Position numbers and translations under genes: made by a program
Shown here: positions 28,318 to 38,287 of the stretch, piece after piece
Numbering within the stretch: the first letter of the stretch is position 1
How the letters are laid out: the number at the start of each line of letters is the position of its first letter
From: Candidatus Goldiibacteriota bacterium
GTDB taxonomy: Bacteria; Oederibacteriota; PGYV01
Reading direction: 5' to 3'
Assembly: GCA_016937715.1 (NCBI GenBank)
Contig: JAFGWA010000050.1
Coordinates: forward strand, 75,311 to 138,334
DNA: 63,024 bases
Notes under the pieces: model-generated
Told to the model about the DNA's origin: nothing
Databases searched by the model: none
The model's input: the letters and a program-made list of their open reading frames with translations, nothing else

Positions 28318-28702
28318 AGTACTGGTAATCGACGATTCACCGATTCAGCAGAGGCTGGCAAAAATTTACCTTGCTCAGGAAGAAATGGAAACAATACACG
28401 CAAAGAACGGGAAGGAAGGCATAGAAACCGCTATAGATAACAGGCCCGACCTTATAGTACTTGATATTGAAATGCCGGAAATGGACGGCATAGAAACGCT
28501 TAGAAATCTGAAGTTGATTGAAGAAACAAAAAATATACCCGTTATGATGTGCAGTTCCCTGCGGGATGAAGAAATAGTGGTGGAATGTCTTGCCATAGGC
28601 GCCGCGGGTTATGTGTGTAAACCGCATGGGTTCAGGGGTTTCAGGGATTCAGTAAAATCAATACTCCCGGAAACAAAAATAAAAAACGGGGAACCGGCTT
28701 AA
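28310..28702 (+). CDS. cheY: CheY-like response regulator
   Basis: VIDDS, DLIVLDIEMPEMDG, conserved K in VCKPH; 8-nt overlap with the MCP gene. Confidence 0.85.
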   Translation: MIKVLVIDDSPIQQRLAKIYLAQEEMETIHAKNGKEGIETAIDNRPDLIVLDIEMPEMDGIETLRNLKLIEETKNIPVMMCSSLRDEEIVVECLAIGAAGYVCKPHGFRGFRDSVKSILPETKIKNGEPA

Positions 28703-28704
28703 AC

Positions 28705-29409
28705 TCAGTCGGCTTCCTCGTCTGTTTTTACTTTTTTTTCGCGCCCGTTTTCGTCTTCAAAATGGTGCTTAATTGTTTTCCCGTCTATCATATAAACAAT
28801 GTCTTCGGCAATATTCGTAATATGATCCGCCATTCTCTCTATATGTTTTGAAACAAGTATAAGCCTTATACCCCTTTTAATATTATTTGTATCTTCCATC
28901 ATATATGTCAGAATTTCCCTGAAATTCTGAACATACAGTTCGTCAATCTGGCTGTCTTTTTTACAGATTTCCCTTGCAAGGGCCGAGTTTTCATCAACAA
29001 AAGAAAGCATCGCGTCTTTTAACATCTGCCTTGTTTCTTCAGCCATAGCCGGTATTATTATCATCGGTTTTAGCGGCGGGTGTTTTGACAGGTATTTGGA
29101 GGCATACGCCACATTTATAGCAAGGTCGCCTATACGTTCAAGGTCATTATTTATCTTCTGAATTGATGTAATAAATCTTAAATCAACAGCCATAGGCTGC
29201 CGTTTGGCCAAAAGTTCAAGGCACTGCCTGTCTATCATAATTTCAAGCAGGTCAATTTCCTGGTCATTTTCTATTACCTTTTCTGCAAGTTCAGAATCGC
29301 GCTCAACAAGCGCTTTTACCGACTGCATAATTGCCGTCTCTACAAGCGACTGTATTTTTAAAACTTTCTTTTTTAAATCATTCAGTTCTTCATCAAAATG
29401 TCTTTCCAT
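28705..29409 (-). CDS. phoU: Phosphate signalling complex protein PhoU
   Basis: Two PhoU repeats (LERIGDLAINVA, IERMADHITNIAEDI). Start set to the ATG at 29409 behind GGGAGG. Confidence 0.9.
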   Translation of the reverse strand: MERHFDEELNDLKKKVLKIQSLVETAIMQSVKALVERDSELAEKVIENDQEIDLLEIMIDRQCLELLAKRQPMAVDLRFITSIQKINNDLERIGDLAINVAYASKYLSKHPPLKPMIIIPAMAEETRQMLKDAMLSFVDENSALAREICKKDSQIDELYVQNFREILTYMMEDTNNIKRGIRLILVSKHIERMADHITNIAEDIVYMIDGKTIKHHFEDENGREKKVKTDEEAD

Positions 29410-29463
29410 ATTTCCTCCCATATCGGTTTATAAACAGCAATATGACGGATGCCTGTATCTGTT

Positions 29464-30231
29464 CTATCCAAACCTTCCCGTTATATAATCTTCCGTAATT
29501 TTTTTATCCGGCTTGGTGAATATTTTTGACGTATCCCCGTATTCCACCATTTCTCCAAGCATAAAAAACGCGGTCTTATCCGCCACCCTTGCCGCCTGCT
29601 GCATATTATGCGTCACTATTATTATAGTATAATTTTTCTTTAACTGCTGTATTAATTCTTCTATTTTTGCGGTTGAAATCGGGTCAAGCGATGCCGTGGG
29701 CTCGTCCATCAGTATCACTTCCGGCCTTATTACAAGGGCGCGCGCTATACACAGCCTTTGCTGCTGCCCTCCTGAAAGGTCGTAAGCGTTTTTATTAAGG
29801 TCGTCTTTTACCTCTTCCCATAATCCCGCTTCGCGCAGGCTGTTTTCAACCTTTTCATTCAGATCAGCGTTATTTGTAAAAAGCCTGTTAACCCTTAATC
29901 CATAAGCAACATTTTCAAAGATAGATTTCGGAAAAGGATTTGGTTTCTGAAAAACCATGCCTATTTCACGCCTTAACCTTGAAACATCCACTGATTTACC
30001 GTAGACATTGTTTCCTTTAAATTCAAGCAGCCCTTCCACACGCGCTCCCTCTACAAGGTCATTCATTCTGTTTACTGAACGCAGAAAAGTTGACTTGCCG
30101 CACCCGGAAGGCCCTATCATTGCAAGCACTTCGTTGTGTATAACCTGCATATTAACATTTTTAAGGGCATGGTAATTTGTATAATAAAAATTAAAATCCT
30201 GTACGCTGATACAGCAGTTTTTTTCTACCAT
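29464..30231 (-). CDS. pstB: Phosphate ABC transporter ATP-binding protein PstB
   Basis: [35 protein letters not shown]-like [11 protein letters not shown]. Confidence 0.95.
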   Translation of the reverse strand: MVEKNCCISVQDFNFYYTNYHALKNVNMQVIHNEVLAMIGPSGCGKSTFLRSVNRMNDLVEGARVEGLLEFKGNNVYGKSVDVSRLRREIGMVFQKPNPFPKSIFENVAYGLRVNRLFTNNADLNEKVENSLREAGLWEEVKDDLNKNAYDLSGGQQQRLCIARALVIRPEVILMDEPTASLDPISTAKIEELIQQLKKNYTIIIVTHNMQQAARVADKTAFFMLGEMVEYGDTSKIFTKPDKKITEDYITGRFG

Positions 30232-31109
30232 TTCCTTTTTCTCCTCGCTTTTATTCTGATAAAGATTGCAACCGCATTTATCGCAAGCACAAGCATAAGA
30301 AGCACAAGCGCGGTTCCATACGCAATTTCCATCTGTCCGGCCTGGCTGCCTTCTGTCATTAAGGCGTAAATATGATAAGGCAGCGCCATAACCTCTGAAA
30401 ACAGCGAATCCGGAAGTTTGATCGTAAAAAATGTGGCGGCCGTGAACATTATAGGCGCAGTCTCGCCCGCGGCGCGCCCTATTCCCAATATCACGCCTGT
30501 TATAATACCTGAAACGGCATTGGGAAGAACCACCTTATACATTGTCTGCCACCTTGTGGCTCCAAGCGCCAGCGAAGCTTCTTTAAAAGCTTTTGGAACC
30601 GACAGCAGAGCTTCTTCCGAAGTTGCAATTATTGTCGGAAGCACCATTATTCCAAGCACTATTACACCCGACAGCAGAGAGACTCCAAACTGCATAAACT
30701 TCACAAGAAAAGCCAGGCCAAAAAGCCCAAACACAATAGAAGGCACACCGGCAAGCGAATTTATTCCTATCCGTAACATCCTGACCAGACGCGGGCTTGT
30801 ATTATATTCAGTAAGCCAGATTGCCGTAAGAACCCCTAAAGGAAGAGAAAAAACAATTGCCCCTACAGACAGCATAAATGTTCCGACAATGGCGGGAAAA
30901 ATACCGCCTTCTGACATGCCATTTTCCGGAAATTTCAGAAAGAAATCCGGATTAATAACGCCTATGCCTTTTACAACAATAAAACCCACAAGTACAACAA
31001 GCGACAGCACCACAGCAAGAATACAAAGATAAAGCAGAATAAAACCAAAGGACTGGCTTTGATATCTTTTTCTGTCAGTTGCCTGGGTTTCTATCATGGA
31101 ATCCGTCAT
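30225..31109 (-). CDS. pstA: Phosphate ABC transporter permease PstA
   Basis: Six-TM permease with EAA-loop region ([13 protein letters not shown]); operon position. Confidence 0.9.
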   Translation of the reverse strand: MTDSMIETQATDRKRYQSQSFGFILLYLCILAVVLSLVVLVGFIVVKGIGVINPDFFLKFPENGMSEGGIFPAIVGTFMLSVGAIVFSLPLGVLTAIWLTEYNTSPRLVRMLRIGINSLAGVPSIVFGLFGLAFLVKFMQFGVSLLSGVIVLGIMVLPTIIATSEEALLSVPKAFKEASLALGATRWQTMYKVVLPNAVSGIITGVILGIGRAAGETAPIMFTAATFFTIKLPDSLFSEVMALPYHIYALMTEGSQAGQMEIAYGTALVLLMLVLAINAVAIFIRIKARRKRKW

Positions 31110-31990
31110 TTATTTTTTCCCTTTTTTATATTCTCTGCAATTACGTTAAATAAAACATTAAAAAGAAAAAGGATAAGCCCCATCGCAAAAAGCATATAAT
31201 AATGGTGGTCACCGACCACTGTTTCGCCCATCTCGCCCGCTATACACGCTGTCATAGGCCTCATCGGGACAAAGATATTATCAGGAATTCCCCTTGACCC
31301 GCCGGCCGCCATTAAAACTGTCATCGTCTCTCCCATGGCCCGTGAAATACCAAGAATAATTCCGGTTAAAATACCCGACCTTGCCGCCGGCACCGATACT
31401 CTTGTAATAGTTTCCCATTTTGTTCCGCCCAGCGCTAAAGACGCATGCCTTAAATCTTTTGGAACGGCTGTAATGGCATCCTCTGTAATACTTGCTATCG
31501 TGGGGACTGACATTACCGCAAGCAGAATAGCGGCGGTGAAACCTGTAAGGCCTGTATTAAGGCCAAAAATATTTTTTATAATGGGCGCAAGAAAAACTAT
31601 TCCAAAGAAACCAAGCACAACAGAAGGTATTCCGGCCAGCACTTCCATCGCGGGTTTTACAGCTTCCCTTACCCTGCCCGGCGCTAATTCCGCAAGATAT
31701 ATCGCGGCACCGACACCAAGCGGAACCGCAATAGCAATAGCTGTAAAAGTAACGTAAAAAGATGCAAGCATAATAGGCCACATACCAAATAAAGGAGGGT
31801 CATCCGTAGGCCTCCACTGCTGCCCAAAAAGTGTATTTATAATTCCGTATTCTTTAAAAGCCGGCAAAGCAGTAACTATAAGCGTCATTGCTATCGCAAA
31901 CAGAAAAAGGATTGACACAAAAGAAATGGAAGGAAGCATCTTTTCAAGAATATTTTTCTTCATACCTGCGTATGTTGTTGTCTTTGCCAT
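31106..31990 (-). CDS. pstC: Phosphate ABC transporter permease PstC
   Basis: Permease with HASLALGGTKWETI loop; ATGA overlap with pstA. Confidence 0.9.
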   Translation of the reverse strand: MAKTTTYAGMKKNILEKMLPSISFVSILFLFAIAMTLIVTALPAFKEYGIINTLFGQQWRPTDDPPLFGMWPIMLASFYVTFTAIAIAVPLGVGAAIYLAELAPGRVREAVKPAMEVLAGIPSVVLGFFGIVFLAPIIKNIFGLNTGLTGFTAAILLAVMSVPTIASITEDAITAVPKDLRHASLALGGTKWETITRVSVPAARSGILTGIILGISRAMGETMTVLMAAGGSRGIPDNIFVPMRPMTACIAGEMGETVVGDHHYYMLFAMGLILFLFNVLFNVIAENIKKGKNK

Positions 31991-32050
31991 TTTTATCTTC
32001 CTTAATATTATTTTATTTGAAATAATTATACTTTTTCTGTGTTGTGTGGG

Positions 32051-32067
32051 CGTTAATAAATTGTTAA
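32051..32067 (-). promoter_or_regulatory. TTAACA-N5-TTAACG direct repeat (11-bp period) upstream of pstC
   Basis: The minus strand reads TTAACAATTTATTAACG, 61-77 nt upstream of the pstC ATG; TATAAT lies 20 nt downstream of it. Confidence 0.35.
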
Positions 32068-32074
32068 TTTTATG

Positions 32075-32935
32075 TTAAGGCTTATTTTTTAAAACAAACC
32101 CTAAACCGGCCGTATAACACACCCTGTTTTTGCCTTTTCTTTTAGCTTCATAAAGGCAGTTATCGGCAAGTTTAAGAAGGTCTTTATATTCAAAAGTTCC
32201 GGGCGTCAACGAAGCAATCCCGCAGCTTATTCCAACGGCCACGGGAGCCGGGCCATATTTAACATCCCATTTTTCAATATTTTTCCTTATCATATCCGCT
32301 GTCCTTCTGGCGGTATTTCCGTCGCATAAAGGGCATATTATCATAAATTCATCACCGCCAAACCTTCCCGGTACGTCCATGCTTCTTATCCCGTTTTTAA
32401 TGAATAAAGCCACTGAAGCAAGAATATGATCGCCGCAGTCATGCCCATAGGTATCATTAATTCCCTTAAAATTATCTATGTCGGCAAGTATAAGCGCCAG
32501 GTTAATTTTATCTTTAAGGCATAATTCAAACCACTTCTTCAGTTCCAATTCCATATATTCTTTATTATACAGGCCGGTCAGATAGTCATAACTCATTTTC
32601 TGCTTAAGTTCATTATGATCGCTCTTTAATATATCATAACTTTCTTTCCACAGATTTGTAATACCCCTGTGTGTAACAATACCTTCTATCACGCCGTTTT
32701 TAATAACAGGAACCCTGCTTATCATATTAGCGTCCATAACAGCATATGCCAGCTCTGCCTGAATTCCCGGTTCCACGGCTATAACCCCGTTCTTCATAAC
32801 TTCAGCGGCGCTTGACAACAAGGCGGCTTCTTTTTTTTTCGCAATATGTTCTATTATATCCGTCCTTGTTATAATTCCGTACGCTTTTCCTGCGTTGTTT
32901 ACAACCACAGCCGCGCCGGACATGGACTCTGCCAT
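32075..32935 (-). CDS. CBS-pair + GGDEF diguanylate cyclase. The first CBS domain is cut by an in-frame TAA; the uninterrupted frame would run 32075-33022
   Basis: RFGGDEF active site, GINDTYGHDCGD; CBS2 intact; CBS1 N-terminal 27 codons lie upstream of a TAA at 32939-32941. Confidence 0.8.
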   Translation of the reverse strand: MAESMSGAAVVVNNAGKAYGIITRTDIIEHIAKKKEAALLSSAAEVMKNGVIAVEPGIQAELAYAVMDANMISRVPVIKNGVIEGIVTHRGITNLWKESYDILKSDHNELKQKMSYDYLTGLYNKEYMELELKKWFELCLKDKINLALILADIDNFKGINDTYGHDCGDHILASVALFIKNGIRSMDVPGRFGGDEFMIICPLCDGNTARRTADMIRKNIEKWDVKYGPAPVAVGISCGIASLTPGTFEYKDLLKLADNCLYEAKRKGKNRVCYTAGLGFVLKNKP

Positions 32936-33059
32936 TTTTTATATTACTTCTATAAGCAGCTCTGTATCACGCGCTGTCAGCACGGATTTAGACATTATAT
33001 CACTGACTTTTATCCTTCTCATCCCCGTGTCCCCACATCCTTATTCCTTATAGCCGCTT

Positions 33060-33099
33060 AAAAAAAAACCGCGGCCGTGCTTTTAAGCACAAGCCGCGG
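33060..33099 (-). terminator. Strong hairpin + T8 immediately after pstS
   Basis: CCGCGGC-C-GTGCTT / AAGCAC-AA-GCCGCGG stem followed by TTTTTTTT on the minus strand, 20 nt after the pstS stop. Confidence 0.75.
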
Positions 33100-33118
33100 C
33101 TTTAATTACTGAAATGTC

Positions 33119-33961
33119 TTATCTTACAGGAACATAACCCACTTCTTTAACAATCTGCTGCCCGTCCGCGCTCATTACAAAATCAATAAACTTTTTTGTA
33201 AGCCCTTCCGGTTCACCGTTAGTATACATAAAAAGCGGCCTTGCAACTTTGTACGTTCCATTTATTACATTGGCTTCCGTAGCCATTACGCCTTCAACTT
33301 TCAGTACTTTTAAGTCATCTGAAAGAAAAGCAAGCCCTACATAACCAATTCCGCCCTCTGTATTCTTTACATTCTCGGCAACTTCCCTGTTGGAAACTGT
33401 CATTATCGCGTCATCGCGAAGTTTCGCGCCCCTTAACACAAGCTCTCCGAACACTTCATAAGTTCCTGAAGTTGTATCCCTTGAAATTGCAACTATAGTT
33501 GAATTATTTCCGCCTACCTGGCTCCATTTATTGATTTTTCCGCTGAAAATATCGCGGAGCTGATCAAGTGAAATGGCATTGATAGGGTTTGATTTGTGAA
33601 CAACAAGGGCTATTCCGTCTTTAGCAACAACAGTTCCCACTGCATTAACGCCTTTGGATTTAGCGTTAATTACCTCTTTTGTCTTAATTGCCCTTGAAGC
33701 GTTTCCGATATCGGCTGAACCGTCAAGAATAGCAGCTATTCCAACTCCCGAACCGCCGCCTTTAACCGATACTTCAACGGAAGGGTTCGCCTTCATAAAT
33801 TCTTCCGCCGCTTTCTGCGCTATAGGAAGGACTGTCGTGGAACCCGTAAGAGAAATCTTATTTTCTGACTTTGCCGCCCAGGGCCAGTTCCACGCGAACG
33901 CGGAAGCCGCAAGCACTGTCATTGCTGATATTACCACTGCAATCTTTAATAATTTTTTCAT
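33119..33961 (-). CDS. pstS: Phosphate-binding protein PstS
   Basis: Signal peptide; GSTTVLPIA, GGGSGVGI, SRDTTSGTY phosphate-binding motifs. Confidence 0.9.
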   Translation of the reverse strand: MKKLLKIAVVISAMTVLAASAFAWNWPWAAKSENKISLTGSTTVLPIAQKAAEEFMKANPSVEVSVKGGGSGVGIAAILDGSADIGNASRAIKTKEVINAKSKGVNAVGTVVAKDGIALVVHKSNPINAISLDQLRDIFSGKINKWSQVGGNNSTIVAISRDTTSGTYEVFGELVLRGAKLRDDAIMTVSNREVAENVKNTEGGIGYVGLAFLSDDLKVLKVEGVMATEANVINGTYKVARPLFMYTNGEPEGLTKKFIDFVMSADGQQIVKEVGYVPVR

Positions 33962-34010
33962 TTTTTTCTCCTTTTTATTGTTATTTCTTTAAACTCACTT
34001 TAAACTTATA

Positions 34011-35027
34011 TTACCAGCTCCACTTCGTCTGTGCCATCCAAAGATTTGTTGTTACAGGGCTTGACGCTCCGCCGACCTTATCCTGTTCCATCTGATAGTT
34101 AAGCTGAAGAAGGACTTTTTCTGTAACATCATAGTTTACGCCTATCGCGTATACATTTTTTTCGTCCCTTACCTTTAATGTATCAGGGTTTGATGTCATG
34201 TACATCGCATGCGCGCTTACCCCGTCAACAATTTCCATTCCAAGATACGCGCTTAAAAACTGGCCTATTCCGCTTTTTCCGGATGATTTCTGATTCTTTG
34301 ATTCAAGGGCTTCCACAAAACCCGATATTGGTCCGCTTCCAAAACCCAGAACAACCGCTTTCCTGTCAGCATACTTTGCAAGGCTTGAAGGCTGGCCGTT
34401 AACCTGCTGATCTTCGCCTATCTGATGCCCAAGATATGAACCTCTTACATATAAACCCGCTAACGGAACTATATTAACACTGGCAATCACAGACTTAGCA
34501 AGGTTTGTTTCCGCTTTTTTATAGCCGTTGCCGCTAACAATACCCGCTTCAAAGTTACCAAGCTCTGCAGGAAGGTATCCCCTTAAAGTCACTCCATAAT
34601 CCGCGCTGTCTGCAAGTTTATATTTGTCTTCAAGCGCTTTCTCAATAAGCGGGTATTCCCATGTGTCTATCGTTCCAAAAGGCACAGGCTGAAGTCCGGC
34701 TCTTAATGCAATTCCCGCGTCCTTTAATAAAGGAAGGCTCTTTAAATCCACATAAGCGTATTTAACCCATGTGCCAAAGTTAATGTTGTTCTGCTCCGCT
34801 GTATTTTCGTAGTCAAGTGTCAGCGCGCCTTCATATCCGTCGCCTTTTGTCTTTACCCTTATGTACGTCCTTTTTACTTCAAACGCGCTTGTCTTTTCTT
34901 TTACGTTGTCATAACCAAGAGTATACCTGAACCAGTTGTATCCGTATATCTTTGTGTCCGCCATTACATTCCCTGCCATTGACATAACCATTACAGCTGC
35001 CATCAGTAAACCAAAAACTTTTTTCAT
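34011..35027 (-). CDS. Outer-membrane beta-barrel porin (phosphate-selective type suggested only by context)
   Basis: Signal peptide MKKVFGLLMAAVMVMSMAGNVMA; alternating beta-strand pattern; C-terminal ...TKWSW. Confidence 0.55.
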   Translation of the reverse strand: MKKVFGLLMAAVMVMSMAGNVMADTKIYGYNWFRYTLGYDNVKEKTSAFEVKRTYIRVKTKGDGYEGALTLDYENTAEQNNINFGTWVKYAYVDLKSLPLLKDAGIALRAGLQPVPFGTIDTWEYPLIEKALEDKYKLADSADYGVTLRGYLPAELGNFEAGIVSGNGYKKAETNLAKSVIASVNIVPLAGLYVRGSYLGHQIGEDQQVNGQPSSLAKYADRKAVVLGFGSGPISGFVEALESKNQKSSGKSGIGQFLSAYLGMEIVDGVSAHAMYMTSNPDTLKVRDEKNVYAIGVNYDVTEKVLLQLNYQMEQDKVGGASSPVTTNLWMAQTKWSW

Positions 35028-35155
35028 TTAATTTCTCCTTTTAGATTTTTTACTTCTGTTTCTTTTATTTCCGTGTTTCCTTTTTTCTGTTGTAAGCACC
35101 TCCGTCTTTACCTTATTTTTTATTCTTTCCTTTGCGGAATTTATTTTCAAACTTA

Positions 35156-35695
35156 TTATTCATTATTGTGATTAATTCCCTTTAAATCTTGTGTTAATTT
35201 CTTGTTAATCTTCAGGCGCCTTAATCCTTTCTGTTTTAACTGCCTTACCCTTTCTCTTGATATGCCAAGAACCCGCGCTATTTCTTTAAAAGGCTTTCCT
35301 TCAACAAGCGATAATTCAAGGACTGCCTTTTCAGCTTCAGGAAAATCATCCGGAATTACAAAAGCGGTTTTTATATACTCTTCTTCTTTTTCCTGCGGGG
35401 ATTCGCTTTCAACGCGGTAAAATTCAATATTTTCATTTTCATAAATATCCATATCAATAATATTTATGCTTTTTTCTTTTTTTAAATAATCAAGGATGCT
35501 TCCCTTTACAAAATAAGTGGCATAGGTGGAAAACTTCGCGCCTTTTGTCTCGTCAAAACGCTTTGCCGCCTCCATTATTCCCATTACCCCTTCCTGATAC
35601 AGGTCATCAAAACCCACGCCATAATGGCAGTATTTGGAAGCAATGCTTTTTACAAGCCCGGAATTTTCATTAATAATTTTTTCTTTATCCAACAC
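35156..35695 (-). CDS. Compact sigma-70-family sigma factor (regions 2 and 4 only, 179 aa)
   Basis: Region 2 DLYQEGVMGIMEAAKRFD...FSTYATYFVKGSI; region 4 HTH ISRERVRQLKQKGLRRL; GTG start behind AAGGAG. Confidence 0.8.
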   Translation of the reverse strand: MLDKEKIINENSGLVKSIASKYCHYGVGFDDLYQEGVMGIMEAAKRFDETKGAKFSTYATYFVKGSILDYLKKEKSINIIDMDIYENENIEFYRVESESPQEKEEEYIKTAFVIPDDFPEAEKAVLELSLVEGKPFKEIARVLGISRERVRQLKQKGLRRLKINKKLTQDLKGINHNNE

Positions 35696-35810
35696 AACTC
35701 TCCTTAATCAGGTTTAATACAAATATAGACAAAACCTGTTAAGGTAAAATTGCCGCTGAATTAATTTATGGTTAAGGGGTTTAAGGCTGGTTATTGCGGG
35801 TAAACGGAAT

Positions 35811-37574
35811 TTATGACGGTGTTTTTTGAAGTTGAATTGTAAATTTTGAACCTTTTCCCGCGGTGCTTTCAACTTTAATCTCGCCTCCGTGAAGCATTAC
35901 AATATGTTTTACAATTGAAAGGCCAAGACCTGTGCCTCCAAGCTTACGCGAACGCGACCGGTCCACTGTATAAAATCTTTCAAACAATCTGGGTATACTT
36001 TCTGCCGGAATTCCGCTTCCGGTATCAGATACTTCTATGGCAATGCCGCCTTCATTTTGACTGACACTGACTGTCACATTTCCTTTTTCCGTGTATTTAA
36101 CGGCATTATCAATAAGATTAATAAGCGCCTGTTCTATCCTGAATTTTTCCGTCTTTATTACAGGCAGATTTTCGCTGACATAAACGCGCATTTCAAGGTT
36201 TTTAGAAAGCATCTTTTTATCAAACATTCTTACTGTGCCGCTTACAAGTTCATTAAGGTCGGTGTCCTCAAAATTCAGCGCGCCGGCTTCAGATTCAAGG
36301 TTTGAAAGGGTCAGCAGGTCTTCAACAATATTTATAAGCCTTTCTGTGTGCCTTTTTATGATGCCCAGATATCTTCTGCCGTCTTCATCTTCTGTTTCCG
36401 CTTCCATTGTCTCTGTAAAACCTTTTATCGCGGTTAACGGGGTCTTCAGCTCATGTGAAACATTTGCCACAAGGTCTTTTTTCATTTCTTCAAATTCCTT
36501 AATACCGGTAACATCATGAAAAACAACCGTTCTTACGGATGCCTTCTCTAAAAAACTTACATTTATTATATAAGCCCTTGAGTTAATTTCCATGTGTTCC
36601 GAATAACCCGACGAGTGCGTTTTTGACTTTTCCATCATCTCATTGAACCTTTGAGGAAGCATTGCTTCCCAATAATACCTTCCATCCGCTTTTTCTTTTA
36701 AGGGGGAATGAACGCATATTTCCATGAAACTTTTATTTGCAATAAGTATAAGCCCTTTGTCATCAACCACGATAAGAGGTTCATTCATGGAAGAGATAAT
36801 AGCGTCAAGTTTTTCTTTCTGCGAAGAAATCTCCTCAAACTGGCGTTTTATCCTGCGCGCCATATCATTAAAGCCGTCAGCCATAAGCTGTATTTCATCG
36901 CCGCTGACCACATCAACCGATACGTTAAAATCACCCGCTGACATTTTTTTTGCGGCATCCCCAAGTTTTCTCACCGGATCTGAAATCTTTCTTGCGGCTA
37001 AAAACATAACAACAAGCGACAGAATGATAATAAGAACGGTAATATTTATTATTTTTCCGGTTAAATCCCATATAAGGTCATTCACCCTGTGTAAAAACAT
37101 GCTTAAACGTATCACCCAAACTGTGTTTCCCGCTTCATCGGTAAAAGGCATTGCAAGATAAAGCATTTTTTCTTTGGTTGTGCTGCTGTACCTTACCGAG
37201 TATCCAAAATCCTTGTTCCCCTGCCCTTTTAAAGCCGCGGATATTTCAGGCCTGCTGATATGATTATCCATTAAATGAGGGTCTTTTTCCGAATCGCCAA
37301 GGACAACACCGGATTTGTCAATAACAGTCACGCGGGTTCCTGTTTCTATTTCAGTCTGTATAAGATATTTTTCAAGCCCTTCATAGTTTTTTTGTTTAAC
37401 AAACGAATCCACCCTGGGCATCATTAAGCCGCCCATTATTTCAAGCCTTTCGGTCAGAGAGGAAATATAATTATTTCTGATTGTCCTGAAAGAAAAGAAT
37501 ATTACCAGAAAGGAAAAAAATACAATTACAAGCACAAACCATGTAAATATTTTTTTAAAAAGGGAACTTTTCAT
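35811..37574 (-). CDS. phoR: PhoR-like sensor histidine kinase (2 TM, HAMP, PAS, HisKA, HATPase)
   Basis: VSHELKTPLTAI H-box, NLIDNAVKYT, GTGLGLSIVKHIV; coupled to the phoB-like gene in the pst neighbourhood. Confidence 0.75.
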   Translation of the reverse strand: MKSSLFKKIFTWFVLVIVFFSFLVIFFSFRTIRNNYISSLTERLEIMGGLMMPRVDSFVKQKNYEGLEKYLIQTEIETGTRVTVIDKSGVVLGDSEKDPHLMDNHISRPEISAALKGQGNKDFGYSVRYSSTTKEKMLYLAMPFTDEAGNTVWVIRLSMFLHRVNDLIWDLTGKIINITVLIIILSLVVMFLAARKISDPVRKLGDAAKKMSAGDFNVSVDVVSGDEIQLMADGFNDMARRIKRQFEEISSQKEKLDAIISSMNEPLIVVDDKGLILIANKSFMEICVHSPLKEKADGRYYWEAMLPQRFNEMMEKSKTHSSGYSEHMEINSRAYIINVSFLEKASVRTVVFHDVTGIKEFEEMKKDLVANVSHELKTPLTAIKGFTETMEAETEDEDGRRYLGIIKRHTERLINIVEDLLTLSNLESEAGALNFEDTDLNELVSGTVRMFDKKMLSKNLEMRVYVSENLPVIKTEKFRIEQALINLIDNAVKYTEKGNVTVSVSQNEGGIAIEVSDTGSGIPAESIPRLFERFYTVDRSRSRKLGGTGLGLSIVKHIVMLHGGEIKVESTAGKGSKFTIQLQKTPS

Positions 37575-38248
37575 TCTTCCATTTTATAACCGACCCCGCG
37601 GATATTTGTTATCATTTTGCCCGCGGCGCCAAGTTTTTCCCTTAAATGTTTTATATGTACATCTATGGTCCTGTCCACTACTGTTTTTTCATCGCCCCAA
37701 AGCCCGTCTAAAATCTGTTCCCTTGAAAATACCCTGCCCCTTTTGGAAACTAATATCTTTAAAATATTAAATTCCGTCGCGGTAAGATTAACAGTTTTTC
37801 CTCCCGTGGAAACCTTATGCCTTTCCGTATCTATTTCTATCATTCCCGCTTTTATTTTCTTTTCTTCTTCACCGCGGGCCGGCCTTCTTAAGACTGCTTT
37901 GACCCTTGCGGTAAGTTCGCGCGGGGAAAAGGGCTTTGTGACATAATCATCGGCTCCAAGTTCCAGCCCCAGCACCTTGTCTGTTTCGGAAGACTTGGCG
38001 GTAAGCATTATAATAGGAATATCAGATGTATTATTGTCTTTTTTCATGGTTTTACACACTGTTAAACCGTCAATTTCAGGCATCATAAGGTCAAGTATTA
38101 CAAGCGCGGGTTTTACTTTAACAAGAGATTTTAAAAACGACTTTCCGTCGCCGTATTCTTTTGTCTTAAAACCCTCTTTTTGCAGGTTTATCGCGACAAG
38201 TTCGGCAATATCTTCTTCATCGTCCACTATTGCTATCAATTCTTCCAT
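37571..38248 (-). CDS. phoB: OmpR/PhoB-family response regulator
   Basis: Receiver (IVDDEEDI, LVILDLMMPEIDG, TKPF) plus winged-helix output (LTATEFNILKIL...IRGVGYK). Confidence 0.8.
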   Translation of the reverse strand: MEELIAIVDDEEDIAELVAINLQKEGFKTKEYGDGKSFLKSLVKVKPALVILDLMMPEIDGLTVCKTMKKDNNTSDIPIIMLTAKSSETDKVLGLELGADDYVTKPFSPRELTARVKAVLRRPARGEEEKKIKAGMIEIDTERHKVSTGGKTVNLTATEFNILKILVSKRGRVFSREQILDGLWGDEKTVVDRTIDVHIKHLREKLGAAGKMITNIRGVGYKMEE

Positions 38249-38287
38249 TTATTATCACCTCTTTTTTTTTAATCTTACAAAAACCGT

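Noticed and set aside
32939-32941. An alternative genetic code (TAA reassigned) as the explanation for the in-frame stop in the CBS-GGDEF gene.
   Set aside because: TAA terminates many well-delimited genes in this window at positions matching family lengths, for example glpK at 838-840. A local mutation or error is far more likely.
33987-34005. The GTTTAAAG x2 repeat (11-bp period) as the pstS Pho box.
   Set aside because: It is kept only as a weak supporting observation. It lies just 26-44 nt from the pstS ATG, which leaves too little room for a -10 element, a transcription start and the AAGGAG RBS.
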